Of a stretch of 37,103 nt of DNA, positions 25,057 to 35,072 are shown piece by piece. Below the pieces are notes generated by a model, which saw only the letters and a program-made list of their open reading frames with translations, ran no database searches and had not been told where the DNA came from. How positions within the stretch are numbered: position 1 is the stretch's first letter; every line of letters begins with the position of its first letter. A program made the position numbers and the translations under genes. This DNA comes from a virus: the UHGV virus genome UHGV-0194471. One strand, given 5' to 3'.

Positions 25057-27831
25057 GTGGCTGCTGAATTTTCAATCGGTGTTCTTATTAGTGGCGCAGT
25101 CACTGGCGCATTTCGTTCTGCTATTGGAGGAACCCAGCGAGCGTTAAACGATCTCCAATCCACCACGCAGCGATTGCAAAACCGTCAGGCCGCGCTGACG
25201 CAGGCGATGACACGTTACGGGCAGGCAGGTATTAGCAGTACATCCCGGCTCAACAACGAATTACAGCAAGTCAGTCGCACAATGGCGCGGCTGGAAAGCC
25301 AGCAAAATAAATTATCCAGCGCAACGGCGCGTAGCCAGGCGATGCGTTCGCAGCGGATGGATCTTTACGCCCAGGGTGCAGAGACCTACGCGCTGGCCAG
25401 AACGATGTCGGCCCCTCTGGTGTCGTCAGTGAAAACCTATGCGGGGTTTGAATCAGGGCTGCGGGATATTGCCGTGACCGGGGATCTGGACAGTAAACAG
25501 GAAGCGGCGATCGATAACGCCATCCGTCAGGCAGCGGGTAAAGTCAACCAGTTGCAGGAAACGCTACTCGGTGGCGTGAATCAACTGGTAGCCGATGGTA
25601 TGAACCCGGAGAAAGCGGCGGGAATGGTGGATTTGCTTGGTAAAACCGCCACGGCCACCAAGGCTGATATGACCGATCTGGCAAAAATGACTTTCGCTTT
25701 TAGCGATGCCTTGAAGATTAGCGATGGAAAGGAGATGCAGGAAGCCTTTGCAATGGCAGCGGTCGGAGCAAAGACCGGCTCCTTTGAACTGAAAGATATG
25801 GCAAAGGCATTGCCTACCCTGACAAAAAGCTTTGCGGCTAAAGGTATTACGGGTAAGGAAGCGATTAAAGAAATTGTCGCCTCTCTCGAAGCTGCAAAAG
25901 GCTCTGGTTCGGCAGAAGAAGCCGTGACCAATATGACCAACTGGATGGGCGCAATGACGCGCGGCGATACCGTCAAGAAATATGAAAAGGCGGGCGTAAA
26001 TTATGAAGCGTCGATGAAAGATTATGTCGCCAAAGGTTATTCGCAATATGAAGCCTCGCTGATGATTGCTGACCGCTTTATTAAAGGTAAAGGCGATGCC
26101 TTTATAAAACAGTGGCAGGAAGCGGGGGCACGTGGCGACGGTGAGTCGCAACAGAAGTTGATGGAGTCGTTTGGTCTGTCGGAGGTTTTTACCGATATTC
26201 AAACCGTCAATCATCTGCTTTCCATGCGTCAGAACTGGGATCAATATCAGTCGAATAAAGCCAAAATGGGTGACCCGGCATCACAGAATGTGCTGGATAC
26301 TGATTTTAATAAGCAAAACGATACCCTGGAAGCCCGCTGGCGAAGCTCGCAGGTAGCGATGAATGAGATGGCAATCAGTATCGGTAGTTCTCTACGCCCG
26401 GCACTGGTCGAATTATCGGAAAGTCTGCTGCCAGTAATGAGTTCTTTTGCAAAATGGCTTTCAGCTAACCCGGAGATGGTGGCGAATATAGCCAAACTAC
26501 TGGCCGGATTTATTGCATTCAAAGCGGCGACGGTCGGTAGCAAGCTGGCTCTGAATATGATGTTGTCGCCGTTTGTGGATTGTATTAAAGCGGTAACGTT
26601 GCTTAACACGAAATGGCTGCTTCTGAAAACAGCCTTTTCGTCTGGCGGCAAACTGGCAGGCATCACTAAGTTGTTCGGCTCGCTAGCGCGTGGTGCCTTG
26701 TCATTAGGCAAAATCCTTGCCGGTGGATTAATGCGTGGCGTGATGATGGCCGCCCGTGCCGTAATGTTTCTGGGCCGTGCGCTGCTGATGAATCCCATCG
26801 GGTTGATTATCACTGGCATCGCGGCAGCCGCGTATCTGATTTATCGCTACTGGGGGCCCATTTCCGGCTTCTTTAAACGGCTGTGGGCGCAGGTCACGGT
26901 AGCGTTTCGCGGGGCGTGGAGCGGCATCAAAGGTATCTGGAGTGGCGTGTCGGGCTGGTTCTCTGGTATCTGGGCGCAAATCAAAACCGCATTCAGCGGT
27001 GGGATTGGCGGCGTGGCAAAGCTGATTACCAACTGGTCGCCGCTGGGCCTGTTCTATAAAGCTTTTGCCGGAGTGATGAAATACTTCGGTATCGATATGC
27101 CGAAGAACTTTACCGATTTTGGCGGTAATCTGATTAACGGTCTGATGAACGGTATCGGCAATGCGCTGACTGCTGCGAAAGAGACGGTCGTTAACTTTGG
27201 TAACTCGATTTCAGGCTGGTTTAAGGAGACGCTGGGCATTCACTCCCCGAGCCAGGTGTTTGCCGGGTTCGGCGACAATATCGCGCAAGGGGCCGCTATC
27301 GGTATCAACCGCACCGCCCCGGATGCGATTTCCGCCAGCCAACAGATGGCGGCGGCGTTAATTCCCCCGTTGCTGGATATCCGCGTTCCGGGTCTGGATG
27401 TTGCCGCAATACCACAGCGACCACCTGTTGCGGGTGGCATCGCGCCTCAACTCAACCCACTGCTGCCGAAAGTCGCACCGCCCACCATTGTGCCAGCCCC
27501 CACTGCGGCGGGTATGGCGCTGGCTGGGGCGGCGGGCGCGGTGTTATCTCGCCGCAAACCGCTGCCGCCAGTGCCACCAAAACCCGCCGTACCTGCCGTT
27601 CCTGAACTGCCGAAAAGTACCGCACCAGCCGCCAAAGGCCGCAATGCCAGTGCGCGTGTGCCGGGGCAGTCATCCGGGGTGAATGTGACCTTTGCGCCGC
27701 AAATTACCATCAAAGGCGCGGCATCGACGACCGAGGGCGAAATCACCTCTGCGCTGAAACTGAGCCTGCACGAACTTGAAAAGATGATGGAGCGGATTAT
27801 GGCGCGTCGTGAACGCCGGGAGTATGCATAA
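25057..27831 (+). CDS. Tail tape measure protein
   Basis: 924 aa, GTG start after GGGAG; long helical protein with internal hydrophobic segments and a Pro-rich C-terminal region; sits after the chaperone. Confidence 0.75.
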   Translation: MAAEFSIGVLISGAVTGAFRSAIGGTQRALNDLQSTTQRLQNRQAALTQAMTRYGQAGISSTSRLNNELQQVSRTMARLESQQNKLSSATARSQAMRSQRMDLYAQGAETYALARTMSAPLVSSVKTYAGFESGLRDIAVTGDLDSKQEAAIDNAIRQAAGKVNQLQETLLGGVNQLVADGMNPEKAAGMVDLLGKTATATKADMTDLAKMTFAFSDALKISDGKEMQEAFAMAAVGAKTGSFELKDMAKALPTLTKSFAAKGITGKEAIKEIVASLEAAKGSGSAEEAVTNMTNWMGAMTRGDTVKKYEKAGVNYEASMKDYVAKGYSQYEASLMIADRFIKGKGDAFIKQWQEAGARGDGESQQKLMESFGLSEVFTDIQTVNHLLSMRQNWDQYQSNKAKMGDPASQNVLDTDFNKQNDTLEARWRSSQVAMNEMAISIGSSLRPALVELSESLLPVMSSFAKWLSANPEMVANIAKLLAGFIAFKAATVGSKLALNMMLSPFVDCIKAVTLLNTKWLLLKTAFSSGGKLAGITKLFGSLARGALSLGKILAGGLMRGVMMAARAVMFLGRALLMNPIGLIITGIAAAAYLIYRYWGPISGFFKRLWAQVTVAFRGAWSGIKGIWSGVSGWFSGIWAQIKTAFSGGIGGVAKLITNWSPLGLFYKAFAGVMKYFGIDMPKNFTDFGGNLINGLMNGIGNALTAAKETVVNFGNSISGWFKETLGIHSPSQVFAGFGDNIAQGAAIGINRTAPDAISASQQMAAALIPPLLDIRVPGLDVAAIPQRPPVAGGIAPQLNPLLPKVAPPTIVPAPTAAGMALAGAAGAVLSRRKPLPPVPPKPAVPAVPELPKSTAPAAKGRNASARVPGQSSGVNVTFAPQITIKGAASTTEGEITSALKLSLHELEKMMERIMARRERREYA

Positions 27832-28748
27832 TGTTTGCCGTACTGGGTGATATTGAGTTTGAGGTGGTGACCTACTGGGACGGCTTTGATGCGTCGTTTG
27901 GTATGGATTATGCCGAACATGCCCGCATTGAAGGCAAACCGGGGTTGCAGTTTATCGGCGAAAAGCTGGATGAAGTGAGTATCAGCCTAGTGTTCCACGA
28001 TCACTATTGCCAGCCGGATGTTGAACTGGCGCGACTGCGTGACGCAATGGTGGCGCATCAGGCGCTGGCGCTGGTATTTGGCAACGGCGACTATCGCGGC
28101 TGGTTTGTGGTAACCGATATTCGGGCAACCAGCCAGCAGACCGATGGCCTCGGTAATGTGCAGGCGTTAAGTGCAGAGCTGTCGCTGAAGGAGTACATCG
28201 GCGATCCGAAAAATCCCCTGACGCCACCGGCTGTGTCCGGGGACGATCCGAATATCGATTCGTGGTCTGACGATGCCGACGACAGTTTTTCCGGCAGCGA
28301 TATGTTCGACGGCCTAAGCGATATTACCGACGGGCTGGATGCGGCATCGGACGCGCTGGATGCCGCAGAGCAGGCGTTCGATGAGGCAGTGTCGTGGGCG
28401 GAAGATGTGGTGGAGCAAGTTGAAGATGCGATTGATGACGTACTTTCACCGCTGGAGGACGTTCTCAATGAGGTGTTATCACCACTCGATGAGGTGATGC
28501 AGGCGCTGGAGGGTATCATGGGCGGCGGCGTACTGACCGATGCTCTCGGCGAGGTCGGGCAAGTCGCCTCGCAGATTTACGATGAAATCAGCAGTACGTT
28601 GACCGGGCTTGACGGTATCACCCCCGACAACTTTGCCGATCTGTTCTCGCAGGCACTGGACGTGGTGCGCAACGGTCAGTCATTGATGGAAGCGTGTTCT
28701 CCCGCCGTTAGCAGGCTGGCGGCGGCAATCATTACCAGGAGCGTGTGA
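27831..28748 (+). CDS. Mu N-like DNA circulation protein / P2 gpU-like tail protein, with acidic C-terminal extension
   Basis: N-terminal ~120 aa resemble the DNA_circ_N / gpU fold; the C-terminal ~170 aa are strongly D/E-rich with repeated VLSPL(E/D) motifs. Confidence 0.55.
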   Translation: MFAVLGDIEFEVVTYWDGFDASFGMDYAEHARIEGKPGLQFIGEKLDEVSISLVFHDHYCQPDVELARLRDAMVAHQALALVFGNGDYRGWFVVTDIRATSQQTDGLGNVQALSAELSLKEYIGDPKNPLTPPAVSGDDPNIDSWSDDADDSFSGSDMFDGLSDITDGLDAASDALDAAEQAFDEAVSWAEDVVEQVEDAIDDVLSPLEDVLNEVLSPLDEVMQALEGIMGGGVLTDALGEVGQVASQIYDEISSTLTGLDGITPDNFADLFSQALDVVRNGQSLMEACSPAVSRLAAAIITRSV

Positions 28749-28966
28749 TGGGCGGCTGGATTGAACATATCACCACCGAGGGCGAGCGCTGGGATAATCT
28801 GGCGTTCCTCTATTACGGCGATCCAATGGGCTATGAGCGCATCATTGTCGCTAACCCCCATATTGCGATCACGCCGACACTGGCCTCCGGGCTGCGGTTG
28901 CGTATTCCGGTGATCGGCCCGATGCAGGTGCATAACGTTGATGAGGTGCCGCCGTGGCTCAGGTAA
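28745..28966 (+). CDS. Tail protein X-like (LysM-like)
   Basis: 73 aa, …WDNLAFLYYGDP…ANPHIA…LASGLRLRIPV resembles P2 gpX. Confidence 0.55.
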   Translation: MMGGWIEHITTEGERWDNLAFLYYGDPMGYERIIVANPHIAITPTLASGLRLRIPVIGPMQVHNVDEVPPWLR

Positions 28967-30054
28967 ATGCCGTTATCACCCCCGTTTTCACCCTGTTTTA
29001 CGGGCAGAAAGATATCACTCACGATATTGCTCCTTTTGTCCTGAGCGTGACGTATACCGACAGTCTCAAGAGCGAATCGGATGAAATCGACGTGCAGGTG
29101 GAAGACACCGCCGGGCGCTGGCGCGAGGCGTGGTATCCGGGCAAAGGCGATATGCTGATGCTGAAGTTGGGCTATCAGGGCGAAGCGTTGCTGGACTGTG
29201 GAGCGTTCTCCATCGATGAGATTGAGCTGGGCGCACCGCCGGATACGGTATCCATTCGCGGCGTGGCGACGTCGGTCAACAGCGCTCTGCGTACCGCCTC
29301 CAGCGAGGGCTACGAAGAGACGACGCTGGATGCGATTGCCAGCCGTATCGCGCAGAAGCATGGTCTGAAGCTGGTCGGTCAGATAGAGCCGATTACCATT
29401 GACCGGGTGACGCAATACGCGGAAACCGACGTCGGTTTTCTGAAGCGGCTGGCGGGTGAGTATGGTTATGCGCTGAAAGTCACCACTGGCGAGCTGGTGT
29501 TTTCCCATCTGGCTACACTGCGAAGTAACGCGCCGGTGACGACGCTGACGCCGCAGGATGTAGCGCGCTGGTCGCTGCGCGATACCATCAACCGCATCTA
29601 TAAGGATGCAAAGGTGGCGCATCAGAAGAGTAAAGAGAAGACGCTGGTGACGTACCACGCCGACGGCCCGCCGACCACGGAGACGCGTGGTAAATCGACC
29701 AGCGCCGATACGCTCAAGGTCAATGCACGGGCGGCGGATCAGGGGACGGCGCAGGTGAAAGCCGAGGCGGCGCTGGATGACCATAACGAGTATCAGCAGA
29801 CCGGTTCGCTCTCGATGATGGGCAACACGCAGCTTATCGCCGGGAACAAAATCACTCTCGACGGGTTCGGCGTGCTCTCCGGGGAGTGGCTGATCACCAG
29901 CGCCCGTCACTCGTTTGACCGTTCATCGGGCTACAGCACCGAAATTGAGGTCGGACGTGGCCCGAAAACGGCCTCCGGCGGCGGGAAGAAGAAAAAACCG
30001 GATACGCTGACCGTCTATCACCCGGACGGCCCACCCACCCAGGAGAAAAAATGA
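28954..30054 (+). CDS. Tail protein, P2 gpD / Mu P-like
   Basis: 366 aa in the conserved position after the X-like gene. Confidence 0.6.
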   Translation: MAQVNAVITPVFTLFYGQKDITHDIAPFVLSVTYTDSLKSESDEIDVQVEDTAGRWREAWYPGKGDMLMLKLGYQGEALLDCGAFSIDEIELGAPPDTVSIRGVATSVNSALRTASSEGYEETTLDAIASRIAQKHGLKLVGQIEPITIDRVTQYAETDVGFLKRLAGEYGYALKVTTGELVFSHLATLRSNAPVTTLTPQDVARWSLRDTINRIYKDAKVAHQKSKEKTLVTYHADGPPTTETRGKSTSADTLKVNARAADQGTAQVKAEAALDDHNEYQQTGSLSMMGNTQLIAGNKITLDGFGVLSGEWLITSARHSFDRSSGYSTEIEVGRGPKTASGGGKKKKPDTLTVYHPDGPPTQEKK

Positions 30055-30542
30055 AAGGCGTCACCCGACAGACCGGGATTATCAGCGATATCGACGAGGT
30101 GAAGGTGTGCGTGCGCGTCACCCTGCCGGAATGCGACGATCTGCGCACCAACTGGCTCCCCATCCTGCAACGCAATACGCAGGACAATAAGGACTACTGG
30201 CTGCCGGATATCGGCGAGCAGGTGGAGGTGCTGCTGGATGATAACGGCGAGGATGGCGTGGTGCTGGGGGCGGTCTATTCGTCGGTGGATACGCCACCGG
30301 TGACGGACAAAGACAAGCGCTATGTGCGGTTCTCCGATAAGGCCGCGATTGAGTACGACCGCAAACAGCACCAGTTGACCATTAATGGCGGCATTGAAAA
30401 AATCGTGATTGAGGTGAAAACCAGCGTCAGCATCACCGCGCCGCAGGTGGTCATCACGGGTAATGTCCGCGTCACCGGCAATATCAGTGCGTCAGGCTCT
30501 ATCATCGACGCTGGCGGCAATACCAACCATCACTCTCATTAA
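30051..30542 (+). CDS. Baseplate spike / assembly protein V-like (Mu gp45-like)
   Basis: 163 aa, position within the baseplate cluster. Confidence 0.55.
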   Translation: MKGVTRQTGIISDIDEVKVCVRVTLPECDDLRTNWLPILQRNTQDNKDYWLPDIGEQVEVLLDDNGEDGVVLGAVYSSVDTPPVTDKDKRYVRFSDKAAIEYDRKQHQLTINGGIEKIVIEVKTSVSITAPQVVITGNVRVTGNISASGSIIDAGGNTNHHSH

Positions 30543-30588
30543 AGCGGTTTAATACCGCCACTTTAGCAACGGGGGCGACAATGCCCCC

Positions 30589-30948
30589 ATGAGCACACAA
30601 TCCCATCCTTTAAATCTGCACTGGCAACCGGCCCTGAAACGCGACGGCGAGTACGTCTGTGGGCTGGAGGATATCAGCCAGGCCGTTCACATCATTCTGC
30701 GCACGCCGCGCGGTAGCGATCCCCATCGCCCCTTTTTCGGTAGCGACCTGTGGCGCTATATCGACTGGCCTGCTGAACGGGCGATTCCCCATGTGGTGCG
30801 TGAGTCGGTGGAGGCTATCCGCCACTGGGAGCCGCGCTGCAAATTTCTCAAAGTGGTGCCGGAACTGGACGGCGAACATCTCACGCTGCGCATCCAGTGG
30901 CGCGCCGCCGATGGCGTTATTAATGAAACGGAGGTGGTATGGCGTTAG
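30589..30948 (+). CDS. Baseplate protein, GPW/gp25 family
   Basis: 119 aa with …ILRTPRGSDPHRPFFGSDLWRYID…, typical of gp25/GPW. Confidence 0.6.
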   Translation: MSTQSHPLNLHWQPALKRDGEYVCGLEDISQAVHIILRTPRGSDPHRPFFGSDLWRYIDWPAERAIPHVVRESVEAIRHWEPRCKFLKVVPELDGEHLTLRIQWRAADGVINETEVVWR

Positions 30949-32054
30949 CTGAACCCGATTTTATCGACCGCGACCCGGCGCAAATCACCAGTGAGATGAT
31001 TGCGCAGTATGAAGCGGTGAGCGGTAAAACGCTCTATCCGGCGCAGGCGGAGCGGCTGCTGATTGATGTTATTGCCTATCGTGAAAATCTGCTGCGCATC
31101 GGCATTCAGGAGGCGGCAAAGCAGAATCTGGTGGCGTTTTCCCGTGCGCCAATGCTCGATTACCTCGGCGAACTGGTGGGCGTGAAGCGCCTGCCTGCGC
31201 AGGCGGCACAGACCACGTTGCGGTTTTCCGTTGCCAGCGCGCAAAAGCGCAATGTGCTGATCCCGGAGGGCACCCGCGCCAGCGCGGCCAACAGCGTGAT
31301 GTTTGCCACCGATGACGATGTGCTGCTGCCAGCCGGAAGTCTGAGCGTCGATGTCACGGCCACATGTACCACCGCTGGCGTTGTGGGTAATGGCTGGCAA
31401 CCGGCGCAGATTAGCGCACTGGTGGACAGCGTGGCAGGTGTCGATTTGCAGGTGACGAACATTACCGCGTCCGGCGGCGGCTGCGCCGATGAAAGCGACG
31501 ACGCCCTGCGCGAGCGTATCCGGCTGGCTCCTGAAAGTTTCAGTAACGCGGGGAGTTATGGCGCATACCGCTTTCATGCGCTGTCAGTCAGCCAGGCGAT
31601 TATCGACGTGGCCATCCTCGGCCCGGATGAGGGGCTGGATGAAGGTTGCGTGGAGATTTACCCGCTGACGCAGGACGGTCTGCCGGGCGATGAGTTGCTG
31701 GCACAGGTGGTGCAGGATGTCAGTAAAGAGAAGAAACGCCCGTTGACCGATAAGGTAAGCGCGAAGAAACCACTGCGCGTGGCATATCAGATTAACGCGC
31801 AACTCACGCTATTCACTAAAGCCGATCAGGACTCGACGCTGCTGGCCGCGCGTAAGGCCATCGCCGACTGGACGGCAGAGCGCGAGCGCCATCTGGGGCG
31901 GGATATCGTCCCCAATCAAATCATCAAAGTGTTGCAGGTGGCGGGTGTCTATGACGTGGCGCTGGAAACACCTGCCAAACGAGTGCTCGCGGCACATGAG
32001 TGGGCGCAGTGTACCTCGATTGATGTGACCATCGCCGGGGTGAGCGATGGATAA
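30939..32054 (+). CDS. Baseplate J-like protein (Mu gp47-like)
   Basis: 371 aa following the gp25-like gene. Confidence 0.6.
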   Translation: MALAEPDFIDRDPAQITSEMIAQYEAVSGKTLYPAQAERLLIDVIAYRENLLRIGIQEAAKQNLVAFSRAPMLDYLGELVGVKRLPAQAAQTTLRFSVASAQKRNVLIPEGTRASAANSVMFATDDDVLLPAGSLSVDVTATCTTAGVVGNGWQPAQISALVDSVAGVDLQVTNITASGGGCADESDDALRERIRLAPESFSNAGSYGAYRFHALSVSQAIIDVAILGPDEGLDEGCVEIYPLTQDGLPGDELLAQVVQDVSKEKKRPLTDKVSAKKPLRVAYQINAQLTLFTKADQDSTLLAARKAIADWTAERERHLGRDIVPNQIIKVLQVAGVYDVALETPAKRVLAAHEWAQCTSIDVTIAGVSDG

Positions 32055-32766
32055 GTTACCGCTTCAACCGCCGCTCGCCGGGGATGAACGCTTTACCCGG
32101 CTGGCAAATCTTGCCGCTGAACGCTTCGCACAACTCGATCTGACCGCGCTTCTGATTTACCTGGTGGATCTGGTGGATGCCACGGCGCTGCCGTCGCTGG
32201 CAGAACAGTTCCACGTTCAGGGGCTGGAAGGCTGGCTGTTTGCCCGCGATGAGCGACAAAAGCGCGATCTGATCAAGCAGGCCATTGAGCTGCACCGCTA
32301 TCGCGGTACGCCGTGGGCAGTGCGTCAGGTACTGAAGATTCTGGCGTTGGACGGCGATATCAGCGAGTGGTTTGAGTATGGCGGTAAGCCGTACTTTTTC
32401 CGCATGGATGTCACGCTTGAGACGCGCGGGCTGACTGAGGATGAATTTAACGCGCTGATTGTGCTGATCCATGAGTACAAGAACGTCCGCTCAAAGCTGG
32501 AGATGCTGACTATCTGGCTGATTAACCAGAGCCAGATCCCGGTTATCGCCAGTGCTGTTCAGGGCGGCGAGATTGCTACCGTTCTGCCGTGGATTGCGGA
32601 GAGCGTGAGTCAGTCGTCTGCGGTTTATCTGGCGACGGAGTGTTTGAGTGCAGAGGTGGTAACGGTGTTGCCTCCGCTGCATGGCAATGTTGAGCAGACC
32701 AGCGTTATGAGTGTTGGAGCGGGCTGCTGGAGTATTGAGTTTGTCACTGTTTACCCGGAGGAGTAA
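32047..32766 (+). CDS. Tail protein I-like (P2 gpI / Mu gp48-like)
   Basis: 239 aa, …ATALPSLAEQFHVQGLEGW… pattern; lies before the tail fibre. Confidence 0.55.
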   Translation: MDKLPLQPPLAGDERFTRLANLAAERFAQLDLTALLIYLVDLVDATALPSLAEQFHVQGLEGWLFARDERQKRDLIKQAIELHRYRGTPWAVRQVLKILALDGDISEWFEYGGKPYFFRMDVTLETRGLTEDEFNALIVLIHEYKNVRSKLEMLTIWLINQSQIPVIASAVQGGEIATVLPWIAESVSQSSAVYLATECLSAEVVTVLPPLHGNVEQTSVMSVGAGCWSIEFVTVYPEE

Positions 32767-34466
32767 TGGCGAGTGAATTTTTTACCATTTTAACCGCCGC
32801 TGGCCGCGCGAAGATTGCTGCGGCGCTGGCGGAACAAAAGCAGATAGTGCTGCAAACAATGGTCGTTGGCGACGGCGGCGGGCAGTATGCCGAACCGAAA
32901 GAGAGCCAGACAAAGGTGGTGCGTGAAGTCTGGCGCGGGTCACTGAATACGCTGAAAATCGCCCCGGAAAACCCGGCGTGGGTGATTGCCGAGGCGGTAC
33001 TGCCGGAAGCGAAAGGCGGCTGGTATATCCGCGAGGTGGGATTGCTGGATATGGACGGCGTGCTGATTGCCATCGGCAAGTTCCCGGAAACCTATAAGCC
33101 GAAGCTGCCTGCCGGGGCCAGTAAGCAAATTGTGATCCGCGCTGTGATGGAAGTGACGAACGCGGCGGCGGTAACGCTGATGGTTGATCCGTCGCTGGTG
33201 ATGGCAACGGTAGATTATGTGGACTCCAGTATTGAAGAGCACGAAAGATCACATAATCACCCGGACGCAACGCTGACGCAGAAAGGCTTTACGCAGCTTA
33301 ACAGCTCCACCAATAGCACGCTGGAAACGCAGGCAGCAACGCCGAAGGCGGTGAAGGCGGCGATGGATAAGGCGAATGAGGCACTGGAAAAAGCTGGGGC
33401 TGATAAAGCGCATAAACATCCGTGGGCCGATATTACCGGGGTGCCGGATGGGACAACGGCGCAGAAAGGGGTTGTGAAGCTTAATAGCTCAACGAACAGT
33501 ACCAGTACGACGGAGGCTGCGACACCGAGTGCGGTTAAGGCGGCATATGACCTGGCGAATGGTAAGGCGGCGGGGAGCCATAAACATGCCTGGGGCGATA
33601 TTACCGGGGTACCGGATGGCACTACGGCGCAAAAAGGGATCGTAAAGCTCAACAGCGCGACGAACAGCACCAGTACTACCGAAGCGGCCACGCCCGGCGC
33701 AGTGAAGGCGGCGTATGACCTGGCGAACGGGAAAGCGGCTTCCAGCCATACTCACGCATGGAGTCAGATTACCGGCGTACCGGATGCAACTACAGCGCAA
33801 AAAGGGGTTGTGAAGCTTAATAGCGCGACGAACAGTACCAGTACGACTGAAGCCGCAACGCCGAGCGCGGTTAAGGCGGCGTATGACAAGGCGAATACAG
33901 CAATCTCCAGTTTTGCTCTTTTCACGTCGAATGGGACGTTTACGGTGCCAGTCGGGGTAACGAAAGTGATGGTGGAAATGATTGGAGGTGGAGGTGGTGG
34001 CGGCGGCGGTGGTGTGGGTGGTGGTGAGCGAATTGGTTATCCGACAGCAGGTAAACCATCACTTTTTGTTCAAGGGATTGTTGCTGTGAACTCTGGACAA
34101 AATGTAACCGTCACAGTCGGCGGAGGCGGTGTTGGGGGATCATCAAAAGTAGATACTGGTGGTGGTTCGATGACCGGGAGTAATGGGTACGCCGGAGGAA
34201 ACTCAATTTTCTTAACGCTCACTTCTGTTGGTGGTAGCGGCGGCGGCGGTGCATTGCCAGATTCTGGTCCTGGCAACGCATTAAATGAGCCAGGTTCTGA
34301 TTCAACGCATGGCTATGGCGGGGGGACTAAGTATAACTCGCAGAAAAATGCCGTAGGTTATGGTTCGAGTGGTGCGGCTGGTACCTCTAAAGGCGTCAGA
34401 ACTGTTGAAGGGGACTCTACAGCAGGTGGCAATGGTGCTTCAGGTTTTGTCAGAATATGGTGGTAA
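32766..34466 (+). CDS. Tail fibre protein with tandem repeats and Gly-rich C-terminal domain
   Basis: 566 aa; conserved N-terminal baseplate-attachment region; five ~40-aa repeats; C-terminus with poly-Gly runs and lower GC. Confidence 0.7.
   Translation: MASEFFTILTAAGRAKIAAALAEQKQIVLQTMVVGDGGGQYAEPKESQTKVVREVWRGSLNTLKIAPENPAWVIAEAVLPEAKGGWYIREVGLLDMDGVLIAIGKFPETYKPKLPAGASKQIVIRAVMEVTNAAAVTLMVDPSLVMATVDYVDSSIEEHERSHNHPDATLTQKGFTQLNSSTNSTLETQAATPKAVKAAMDKANEALEKAGADKAHKHPWADITGVPDGTTAQKGVVKLNSSTNSTSTTEAATPSAVKAAYDLANGKAAGSHKHAWGDITGVPDGTTAQKGIVKLNSATNSTSTTEAATPGAVKAAYDLANGKAASSHTHAWSQITGVPDATTAQKGVVKLNSATNSTSTTEAATPSAVKAAYDKANTAISSFALFTSNGTFTVPVGVTKVMVEMIGGGGGGGGGGVGGGERIGYPTAGKPSLFVQGIVAVNSGQNVTVTVGGGGVGGSSKVDTGGGSMTGSNGYAGGNSIFLTLTSVGGSGGGGALPDSGPGNALNEPGSDSTHGYGGGTKYNSQKNAVGYGSSGAAGTSKGVRTVEGDSTAGGNGASGFVRIWW
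33280..33900 (+). repeat. Five tandem ~120-nt coding repeats in the tail fibre gene
   Basis: Repeated peptide …TAQKGVVKLNS(S/A)TNSTSTTEAATP(S/G)AVKAAYD(L/K)AN…. Confidence 0.7.
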
Positions 34467-34469
34467 CAC

Positions 34470-35072
34470 ATGAAATATGCGTATTTTGAACCCTCATCAA
34501 TGAAGGTTTTAGACTGGCTGGATACCGAACAATTATCCTTTGTTTTGCCTGACAGTGTTGTTTCGGTAACTGATGAGCAATGGTGTTATCGTGATCGTGA
34601 ATTCTGGGTCAATATTTCAACCACAGAAATCATCACAACACCTCCACCCGGTGATTTTTATCGGCTTGATGGTGATAAGTGGGTGTATGACGCAACCAGC
34701 TATACTGCTGCGCTAGACGGTGCTAAGTCACTAGTTGTTAAGGCAATCAAGGCGCTACGCGATGAAGTCACTGCCGATTATATCATTATCGGCGACTATC
34801 ACTTTCACAGCGATGCCAGCAGTCGTATCCAGCAAATGTCACTCACCAGGATGGGGCAAACGAAGCAAATCCCCAAAGGCTTAATGTGGCAGACCAAAAA
34901 CCTCGGACTTCTCGAGCTAACCAATGAAATCGCGGCGCAGTTTGAGTCCATTACAATGGATCACGATATGCGCCTCTTTGCCAATGCCCAGCGACATATT
35001 GCCGCCGTTGAGGCGCTGGAAGATATCCTGGCAGTTCAGGAGTATGACTACTCTACGGGGTGGCAACCATGA
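34470..35072 (+). CDS. Tail fibre assembly protein
   Basis: 200 aa immediately downstream of the fibre gene; stop overlaps the next start. Confidence 0.55.
   Translation: MKYAYFEPSSMKVLDWLDTEQLSFVLPDSVVSVTDEQWCYRDREFWVNISTTEIITTPPPGDFYRLDGDKWVYDATSYTAALDGAKSLVVKAIKALRDEVTADYIIIGDYHFHSDASSRIQQMSLTRMGQTKQIPKGLMWQTKNLGLLELTNEIAAQFESITMDHDMRLFANAQRHIAAVEALEDILAVQEYDYSTGWQP

Noticed and set aside
32782-33691. Minus-strand ORFs (162 aa, 144 aa, 100 aa) in the tail-fibre region
   Set aside because: Antisense to the fibre coding repeats; their repetitive translations mirror the sense-strand repeats.
33975-34030. Run of GGT/GGC triplets resembling a simple-sequence repeat
   Set aside because: In frame within the tail fibre gene, encoding a poly-Gly linker; not a CRISPR or noncoding repeat.
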